This document shows, in pieces, positions 37,101 through 43,456 of a DNA stretch of 64,000 nucleotides. The translations under genes were made by a program, and so were the position numbers. Location: contig CALFAV010000026.1 in assembly GCA_937946835.1 (NCBI GenBank), positions 39,228-103,227 on the forward strand, in the 5' to 3' direction. Each line of letters begins with the position of its first letter. The stretch's first letter is position 1. The notes beneath the pieces were generated by a model that was given only the letters and a program-made list of their open reading frames with translations, ran no database searches and had not been told where the DNA came from. The stretch is from an uncultured Verrucomicrobiae bacterium (GTDB taxonomy: Bacteria; Verrucomicrobiota; Verrucomicrobiia; Limisphaerales; J093).

Positions 37101-38473
37101 CCGTAGCGGTTGCGGGCCAGGAGCGTGACCGGGTACACGCCTTCCACCATGGCGGCACCGGTGATTTCGCCGGTGGCAGGGTTGAACTCCAACCCTGGCG
37201 GCAAGCCCTCGGCGGCCAACCACTCGAGCGGGGTGGCGGAGACGAGTTGAAAGCGGAACTCGTTGCCCAACGGGGCCTGGACCAGCCCGTGGTTGAGCAG
37301 GGCCGGGGTGGGAAGGTTCACAAACAGCGTCAGTGACCGGCTGGTCGTGCCGGCGGCATTGGTGGCGGTGACGGTGAAATGGAACTCGCCCGCAGCCTCC
37401 GGCGTGCCGTGCAACAGGCCGGTCTCGGAATCCAGTTCCAGCCCCGGGGGCAGATTTTCCGCGCCAAAGCCGCGCGGGCCGTACCTGGCCACCAGGCGGT
37501 GCCGGAAGGGGTACCCCACGGTACCGATGAGCCGCGGCGAGCCGATGAACAGCGGCGGGGCGGCATCCGGCGGGCCGTCCAGCAAAGCCACGGCATGGCT
37601 ACTGGCCACCGCCAGATGCAACACGTTCGTGGGGTAAGAGTAGGGGGGAAGGACCATTCCCCCGATGGGGTTACCCCACACGGCCAGGGTTCGGTCGGCA
37701 CGCAGGACGATGTTGTTTCGTGAAGTCGCAACCGCGGCCACCACATTGCTCAGCTCGGCGGGCACGGAGTTCAGTTCGAAGCGATTGTAGCCCCAGGCCG
37801 CCAACGTGCCGTCCGCCCGCAGGGCCAGGCTGTGCCCCCGGCCGGCCGCCACGGTGAGGACGTTGCTCAATCCCGGCGGTGGGCGGGCCTGACCGTAATT
37901 GTTGGTGCCCCAGCCGACCACGGTGCCGTTGGCCAACACCGCCAGGCTGTGCCACTGACCGGCGGCGATGGCGATCACGTTGCTGAGGCCCGCGGGGACA
38001 TTGGTCTGCCCGGCGGTATTGTTGCCCCAAGCGAACACCGAGCCATCAGCCCGCAGAGCCAGATGGTGGTACCAACCACTGGCGGCGGCGACCACGTTGG
38101 TCAGGTGCGGGAACACCGGTGTGGCGGTGTCCAGGTCCACCAGCACGCCGTCGGCCCGGATGGCCAGTTTGCCGCCGGGCGCCAGGTCCACGATGTTGCT
38201 CAGGCTGGTGGGGAGGGTTTGCCAGATCCATTCCTCGTAGGGGACGCGGATGACCGTGCCGTCGGCCCGCAGCACCCAGGAGGTAAAATCCCGGGCACTG
38301 ACTCCCACCACGTTGGTCACGCTGCTTGGGTCGAAGTGCGGACTGCCCCAAGAGCCCCAGTGAAAAACCTCGTCGGCAGGCGTGACGAAGGACCAGCCCA
38401 GAGCAAGGATGGGCAGAAGGTGGGGATGCCCGCCCGCACAACGCGCTCGCCGATCAGCGTTGGACTTTTTCAT
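34154..38473 (-). CDS. Giant secreted protein with three RCC1-type beta-propeller regions separated by paired Ig-like (dystroglycan/cadherin-like) domains
   Basis: More than 20 repeats of the type HSLALRADGTVVAWGDNSxGQxxVP. Inserts contain GLPPGLELD..TG.L.GTP...YxFTVTATNAAG. There is a C-terminal Ig and DUF11-like region, and the protein ends RRFYRLARE. Confidence 0.85.
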   Translation of the reverse strand: MKKSNADRRARCAGGHPHLLPILALGWSFVTPADEVFHWGSWGSPHFDPSSVTNVVGVSARDFTSWVLRADGTVIRVPYEEWIWQTLPTSLSNIVDLAPGGKLAIRADGVLVDLDTATPVFPHLTNVVAAASGWYHHLALRADGSVFAWGNNTAGQTNVPAGLSNVIAIAAGQWHSLAVLANGTVVGWGTNNYGQARPPPGLSNVLTVAAGRGHSLALRADGTLAAWGYNRFELNSVPAELSNVVAAVATSRNNIVLRADRTLAVWGNPIGGMVLPPYSYPTNVLHLAVASSHAVALLDGPPDAAPPLFIGSPRLIGTVGYPFRHRLVARYGPRGFGAENLPPGLELDSETGLLHGTPEAAGEFHFTVTATNAAGTTSRSLTLFVNLPTPALLNHGLVQAPLGNEFRFQLVSATPLEWLAAEGLPPGLEFNPATGEITGAAMVEGVYPVTLLARNRYGPGTGTLTLRVSPIIGWGNNDRGQLEVPAGLGNVITLATGPAHSLALREDGSVVTWGVTVPTPAKVSNVVAVAAGFAHNLALRDDGTVVSWGPAPVSLSVRGNIVAIGAGEGFSVALLADGSLAPNRPNPILPGLSNVLAFSVYDGHLLALRAGGLVVQWPDFLPQPPPDLSNVVALAAGGTHSLALRADGTVVSWGQRWDSIQQRYVDFYPQPPGLTNIVAVAAGAQHCLALRADGTVVAWGDNSQGQCDVPAHLRNVVAIAAAGNHSLALVEHRGDFAPPRFGALPALVATADQPFHARVPVLGGIHGVGAEGLPADLHLDPLTGVIYGSPRAGGTYRVTLTATNAAGVARRELTLFVNTPLPALQSRGQVEALLGVPVSLELKADYVPDWFGAQGLPPGLHLDAATGRITGTPVHPGTYRTELVARNRFGYGFGTLVFQVRSVAGWGENTYGQTLAPTSLNNAVALAAGNVHALALRADGTMSGWGWYSAQPLSHPNNVWAIAAGNAQSLALHADGRVVGWGQSFWDGTRWVGPAVPVGLSNALAIASGSEHHLALLPDGRVFGWGDNSRGQLNAPPEATNLVALAAGGRQSLALRADGTVLRWGEFTEVPEGLTDVVALAAGPRHVLALRRDGRVVAWGNNSRGQSRVPPDLADVVALAAGADHSLALKADGTVVAWGDNALGQTRVPPGLRGVRGIAAAQNYSLALLGVTPVLFRDGAIKPGSAVTLAAPAPVGQPVPVQWYFNGARLEGATGPLLELANVDFAHLGTYHAVVALPYATLTNASIALRFEPGLHLVADPAEWVGALGRETQTRLRVVNAGPEPVDHVGVRGSVAPVFVLEEAAASRGAVQWEAERFTVQAGELAVGETVEVRLRLRAETAGAGRVQFELLRGPETADTASLPFVVLDTLPTLRVEKTDTGLDLSWPADASGFVLEETSSLEAPVWTRSLAFPLSDGNRYRLPLSPQGERRFYRLARE

Positions 38474-38595
38474 GCCGGTGGGGGCGACACTCTCGGGGTC
38501 GCCGTCTCCGGCAGTGGCTGGGTTGATAAACCGATACGCCGCGCACTCCCGCTGTCAAGGGTCAGATTGCCGGCGGCGGGAGCACGGGGCGCCGC

Positions 38596-40095
38596 TCACC
38601 GAGTGCCGGGCGGACCGGCACCCGCCGGGGGGGCGTTGGTGGTGGAGCCGGGCGGGGGAGCAGCGGTTCCGACCGGCGGCAGGTTGGTCGCACCCGGCGG
38701 GGGCAGGTTGAGCTTGGTGCGCAGGGCGGCCTCGTATTCGGGATCGAGGCGGGGCAGGAGCTGCTCGAGCACCTCGCGGCGCATGTCTTCCAGGGGCGGC
38801 AGGCCAACGCGTTTTTCGGACGGGCCGCCGGCGATTTTGCCCATGTAACGATTCCAGATGTTGCGGGCGAGCAGGAGGTAGCCCTGGGCCTGGTCATCCT
38901 CGTCCAGGGCGAGGTTGATGAAGGAGCGTTCGAGGGCGCCGCGGATGTTCGAGATGGTCTTGTTCATGTCCGTCTCGCCCACGTCCTCCCCCACGCGCCT
39001 GAGGGCGTACTCCTCGAGGGTCATCTCGGGCGGGTAGTCCTTCGGGTAGAGTTTTTTGACCGTGTCCAGCCACTGGTTGGCCTCCCGGTAGCGCTGGTGC
39101 ACGAAGAAGAAATAGACGGCGTCGAGCAGCGCGTTGCGATGGGCGCGGGCGATGTGGTCGCGCATTTGCTCGTCCTCGGCCATCATCTCCTCGTAGGCGG
39201 CATGGGTGCGGGGGAAAATGTCCAGGTTCTCGCCGAAGATGATCTCGTCGGGCTTGAGGCGGATGATCCGGCCGCGGTGGAAGGCCAGGTACAGGGACTG
39301 GTAAATGACGCGGCGCAGTTTGATGAGCTGCTCCCTGGTCTTGGCCATCTGCCGCCCCAGGTTGGCCCAGTAAATGGCATGGGCCTCGGGCAGGCGCCAT
39401 TCCAGCGGGCCGTAGCGGTCGTCGGTCTCCTTCATCCGGGCGGGGTCCAGTTTGTAACGTTCGCGCAGCAGGGCCACGCGCCGGCGGGCGTCCTCGGTTT
39501 GCGGGTTCAGCAGTTCGTCCCAATTCGGGCGGCCGCCGCCCAGAAGCTGGTGCATTTCGTTGGCCCAGGCGGTCTTGAAGTACAGGTGGGCGTCGTCGAG
39601 GTTGTGCCCCAGCTTGTGCTGGAAGTGCCAGGCCAGTTCCCGGTACAGCTCGACCTCGTGGGGGTTGTATTTGAGGGCCTCATCGCGCAGCAGTTCGATG
39701 CCGCGCTGGACCCAGCCCCAGCGGTCCTTCGGGTCGCTGAACTTGATCGAGATGTTGTAGGACATGTTCCACGCCATCACCACCCAGACGGTGGGGATGC
39801 GGGGCTGGAGTTTGGTGATCCAGTCCGCCAACTGCACCATCTCGAAATACCGGTCCTGGTCCTGCAATTCCATGGCGCGGACCCACAGGGCGTTGGCGAT
39901 GAGGCCGCGAAAGCCGCCCAGGACCACCGTGGTGAAGACCAGCACGGGGGGCGCGTTTTTGAGCGGCTCCACACGGGTCAGGCCCAGGTCGGCCCGCTGG
40001 CGGTTGAGGCCGCGCTGGGCGGTGCCGGCGGCCAGCAGCAGCAGCCCCGCCAGCAGCAGGAGCAGGACTTTGCGGAGCCGACCGGACCGGTGCAT
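38596..40095 (-). CDS. Membrane-anchored, mostly alpha-helical protein of unknown function
   Basis: Start ATG 40095 (MHRSGRLRKVLLLLLAGLLLLAAG), 4 nt after the ABC permease stop. A second hydrophobic helix is PPVLVFTTVVLGGFRGLIANALWV. The tail is Pro-rich. Confidence 0.65.
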   Translation of the reverse strand: MHRSGRLRKVLLLLLAGLLLLAAGTAQRGLNRQRADLGLTRVEPLKNAPPVLVFTTVVLGGFRGLIANALWVRAMELQDQDRYFEMVQLADWITKLQPRIPTVWVVMAWNMSYNISIKFSDPKDRWGWVQRGIELLRDEALKYNPHEVELYRELAWHFQHKLGHNLDDAHLYFKTAWANEMHQLLGGGRPNWDELLNPQTEDARRRVALLRERYKLDPARMKETDDRYGPLEWRLPEAHAIYWANLGRQMAKTREQLIKLRRVIYQSLYLAFHRGRIIRLKPDEIIFGENLDIFPRTHAAYEEMMAEDEQMRDHIARAHRNALLDAVYFFFVHQRYREANQWLDTVKKLYPKDYPPEMTLEEYALRRVGEDVGETDMNKTISNIRGALERSFINLALDEDDQAQGYLLLARNIWNRYMGKIAGGPSEKRVGLPPLEDMRREVLEQLLPRLDPEYEAALRTKLNLPPPGATNLPPVGTAAPPPGSTTNAPPAGAGPPGTR

Positions 40096-40099
40096 CGCC

Positions 40100-41479
40100 T
40101 CAGCCCCGGGTGCCCGCGAGGGCCAGCTCGCGGCGGTTGAAAATGAGGATGCCCACGGCGGCAAACAAACCGCTCATCAGCCCCACGATCTGGACCCCCG
40201 CCCGGGCCAGCGTGCCCCAGGTGATGCTCCGCCCCGTGCTCAGGGCTTCGACCGGGGCGAAGTCCCGCGCCAGGTTGATGAACCCCCGCAGGCCCTTGAA
40301 GAACAGGACCGTGGCCTGGTCGAAGAGGTTGGGCGTGTCAATCAACCCGGTGTTCGGGTTCACCGGCCGGATGCCCCCCTGCTCGATGATGGTGTTCATC
40401 GTGCCGGTGGAAAACGCCACCCACAGCAGCGACAGGGAGACAAACGCCGCCACGGGGAAGGACAGCAAACTCGAGGCGGCCAGCCCGATGGCGCCCATCA
40501 GGGCCAGCCAGCACAACACGATGAGCACCCCGCGCAGGTAGTTCAGCCCGAAGCCGCCCTCCCGGTAGAGCACCTCGAAGCCGTCTTCCAACGGGAAGAG
40601 CACGGCGGTCTCGTTCACGTTGTAGAACTGCACGTGCAACACGCCCCGGCTGTCCAGCAGGTTGGGCGGCAGTTCAATCTCGTAAAACGTCTCCGCCGCG
40701 TGGCTGCGCACGGTGCGTTGCCGGTAGGGCGAATCCGGCGGGCCCACGTCCCAAACCCCGGTGTAGGTGCCGGACTCGGATTTTTCGTTCACGAAAAACT
40801 TCACGCGGATGAACAGCGGCTGGTCCTTGAGCCGGGCGGCCGCCGCCCCCAGGTCCACGGCCCAGGCGCGCACATAGCCTGGAGGCACCACTTGGAGTTC
40901 GGCCTTGACCTGCTCACGCACGATCCGGGTCAGCTCCTGACGGTCCAGCGCCGCAAGCTGCTCGGCCTGGACGCGCTCGCGCAGGCGCTGCTGGACCAGG
41001 GGTTCGAGATCGGGCACCGGCTCGCGCGCCGAGCCGCGGGCCACGAAGATTTCCTGGCGCAGTTTTTCCTGCTGCTCGGGGGGCAGTTGACGGGCCCGCC
41101 AGAGCATTTGGAGGAACACCACACCGGCGGCCAGGCCCAGCAACAACCCGTTGACCGCCAGGATGCCGGCCCATTTGCCCACCCAGATCTGCCAGCGGGC
41201 CACCGGCTTGACCACCACGGTCTGGATGGTGCACTCGTCAATGTCCCGAGCCAGGGTGCTGCAGGCCAGCCAGAGGGTGGTCAGCCCCAGCACCGCGGTG
41301 ATCAGTCCCAGAGTGTAGGTGAGCACAATCTGGATGAATCCCCGCGCCGAGCCGTCGTGCTTGATCACGGCGGGCAACAAAAAGACCGAGGCCAGCAACA
41401 GCGCCGCCAGCAGGGGCACCAGGCGGAAGCGGAAGGCCGCCTTGAAGGTCAATCGGGCAATGGCCAGAAACGCCTGCAT
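40100..41479 (-). CDS. ABC-2 type transporter permease with a large (~190 aa) inserted soluble domain
   Basis: MQAFLAIARLTFKAAFRFRLVPLLAALLL... Hydrophobic helices sit at both ends, with an insertion (QLPPEQQEKLRQEI...VLYREGGFG) between them. It lies 55 nt downstream of an ABC ATPase gene. Confidence 0.7.
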   Translation of the reverse strand: MQAFLAIARLTFKAAFRFRLVPLLAALLLASVFLLPAVIKHDGSARGFIQIVLTYTLGLITAVLGLTTLWLACSTLARDIDECTIQTVVVKPVARWQIWVGKWAGILAVNGLLLGLAAGVVFLQMLWRARQLPPEQQEKLRQEIFVARGSAREPVPDLEPLVQQRLRERVQAEQLAALDRQELTRIVREQVKAELQVVPPGYVRAWAVDLGAAAARLKDQPLFIRVKFFVNEKSESGTYTGVWDVGPPDSPYRQRTVRSHAAETFYEIELPPNLLDSRGVLHVQFYNVNETAVLFPLEDGFEVLYREGGFGLNYLRGVLIVLCWLALMGAIGLAASSLLSFPVAAFVSLSLLWVAFSTGTMNTIIEQGGIRPVNPNTGLIDTPNLFDQATVLFFKGLRGFINLARDFAPVEALSTGRSITWGTLARAGVQIVGLMSGLFAAVGILIFNRRELALAGTRG

Positions 41480-41534
41480 GATCCGAAGCTTTTACCGGGA
41501 CGCGGCCGGCGCGCGACCAAACCGGGCGCGCCGT

Positions 41535-42812
41535 TTACGAGGGATTCCTGCCACCCAACAGGTCCCGCAGTTTTTCCTCGGCCTGTTCCAATTCCTTGGC
41601 CGGCGCCGGCGGAGCGGGCGGCGGCGCGGGAGCCGTCCCGGCCGGGGTTGGTTCGAGCAGCTCCTTGAGCCGGCGTTCATCCACCGGGGGTTTGGGCACG
41701 GCCGCGGCGGGCGGAGCCGGGGGAGGCGGTTCCGCCGGCAGGGCCAGGCGTTCGAGCACCCGCTCGGCCCGGGCCGATTCGGTGTCAGCACCGCCGCGCA
41801 GGTAGGCCGCCACGCGGGCGCCCGAGATGGCGCCGGAGGTTTCCTCGGTTCGCTTGGCGCGTTCGACCACCTGCAGAAAGAGGCTTTCCAGGTTCTGGGT
41901 CGGGTTTTCGATGCGCACCTGGTCGGGCGGCACCTCGGTGCGGAGCACCTCCAGGACCCGCTCGAGGGTGGGCCGGGACAGCACCGGGGTGGTGATGCGC
42001 AGGCGGTCCGGGGTGGTGAGCAGTTCCCGCAACGAGCCCATCGCCTGAATGCGGCCCCCGTAGTAAATCACCACCCGGTCGCACACGTCCTCGACGTCGG
42101 CCAGCAGGTGGCTGCTGAGAATGACCGTCTTGCCGCGGCGGGCCAGGGCGAGGATGAGGTCCTTGATCTCGCGGCACCCGATGGGGTCCAGGCCGGAGGT
42201 GGGCTCGTCCAGGATGACCAGGTCGGGGTCGTTGATGAGGGCCTGGGCCAGGCCGATGCGGCGTTGCATGCCCTTGGAAAACTCGCCCACCGTGCGGCGG
42301 CGCACCTGGTTCAGGCCCACCATCTCGAGCAACTGCGCCTGGCGCAGGCGGCGTTCTTCCGGGCGGAGATGAAACAAACTGCCGAAGAACTCGAGCGTCT
42401 CGGCCGAATCCAGATACCGGTACAGGTAGGACTCCTCGGGCAGGTAGCCGATGCGCTCCTTGGTCAGGACGTGCGTCGGGGGGCGGCCAAAGACCTCGAT
42501 CAGCCCGCGGTCCGGCCGCAGCAGGCCCAGCAGCAACTTCACCGTGGTGGACTTGCCCGAGCCGTTGGGCCCGAGCAGCCCGAACACCTCGCCCCGCCGT
42601 ACGGTGAAATCCACGTTGTCCACGGCCCGGGCCTTGGGCCGTCCCCAGAAATCCTTGAAGACCTTGGTGAGGCCGCGCACGGACACCACCACCTCTCCAT
42701 CTTCCGGGCGAGCGGGTGTTGGACCGGGCCGGTCCGCGGGCCGGGCCGTGACCTCCACCGCGCGTTCTCCGGTGGGAGCGCTTGGGGGACTTTGGAGTTG
42801 AACTAGTGCCAT
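41535..42812 (-). CDS. ABC transporter ATP-binding protein with a Pro/Ala-rich C-terminal extension
   Basis: Walker A GPNGSGKST, Q-loop, signature FSKGMQRRIGLAQAL, Walker B LVILDEPTSGLD, H-loop LSSHLL. The C-terminal ~110 aa are low complexity (PPPPAPPAAAVPKPP...). Confidence 0.85.
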   Translation of the reverse strand: MALVQLQSPPSAPTGERAVEVTARPADRPGPTPARPEDGEVVVSVRGLTKVFKDFWGRPKARAVDNVDFTVRRGEVFGLLGPNGSGKSTTVKLLLGLLRPDRGLIEVFGRPPTHVLTKERIGYLPEESYLYRYLDSAETLEFFGSLFHLRPEERRLRQAQLLEMVGLNQVRRRTVGEFSKGMQRRIGLAQALINDPDLVILDEPTSGLDPIGCREIKDLILALARRGKTVILSSHLLADVEDVCDRVVIYYGGRIQAMGSLRELLTTPDRLRITTPVLSRPTLERVLEVLRTEVPPDQVRIENPTQNLESLFLQVVERAKRTEETSGAISGARVAAYLRGGADTESARAERVLERLALPAEPPPPAPPAAAVPKPPVDERRLKELLEPTPAGTAPAPPPAPPAPAKELEQAEEKLRDLLGGRNPS

Positions 42813-42951
42813 AGGTTGCCAATCCGCACCGGCCGCTTGAGCCGACCGCCCGGGGAGTGATTCCCCCGGCGGGCTTGTTGGGTCGCGCCGTGGCGGGTCA
42901 AGCTAACAAAGGCTCCGGGCGGGAACAACTGTGCGTTCAGTCGCCCGGGGG

Positions 42952-42993
42952 TCAAACAGAAGCCGTCCGGCATCGCACCGGACGGCTCTTTTC
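42952..42993. terminator. Bidirectional intrinsic terminator downstream of the Fe-S carrier gene
   Basis: agccgtccgg-catcgca-ccggacggct forms a 10-bp stem at 42961-42987. It is followed by cttttc on the + strand and by tctgtttg on the - strand, about 35 nt after the 43024 stop. Confidence 0.6.
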
Positions 42994-43023
42994 AGGTTGG
43001 GCGACGGTCCGCGGTTGCCGTCG

Positions 43024-43362
43024 TCAAACCCCAAAGGACTGACCGCAGCCGCAAGCCTGCCGTGCGTTGGGATTGCGCATCCGGAATCCCCCGCCGCTGA
43101 GGCGGTCGTCAAAATCCACCACCGTCCCCCGCAGGAATTGCGCGCTGAAAGCATCCACCACCACGGGCACCCCGTGCATCTCCGCCACCCAGTCTCCTTC
43201 CCGGCGTTCGTCGAAGACCAGCCCGTATTGCAGGCCCGAGCACCCCCCTTTTTCCACGTACAGACGGAGGTGCCGACCCGGCGGTTCCTTGGCCAGCAGG
43301 TTCTTCACCTCTGATGCGGCCGCCGCGGTCAGCTCGACCAGTCGGGTCTCGGTGGCGGTCAT
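43024..43362 (-). CDS. Iron-sulfur cluster insertion/carrier protein, HesB/IscA/ErpA family
   Basis: Start ATG 43362 (MTATETRLVELT...). LRLYVEKGGCSGLQYGL and the C-terminal CGCGQSFGV supply the three conserved Cys. Confidence 0.85.
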   Translation of the reverse strand: MTATETRLVELTAAAASEVKNLLAKEPPGRHLRLYVEKGGCSGLQYGLVFDERREGDWVAEMHGVPVVVDAFSAQFLRGTVVDFDDRLSGGGFRMRNPNARQACGCGQSFGV

Positions 43363-43456
43363 AAGCAACGCCCTGAACCTACGAACCCGGCCACGCCCTG
43401 TCAAACCCATGCTCGCCGCGCACCGCCGGGCGGGGGGGCGCGCCGAACGGCCGGTT

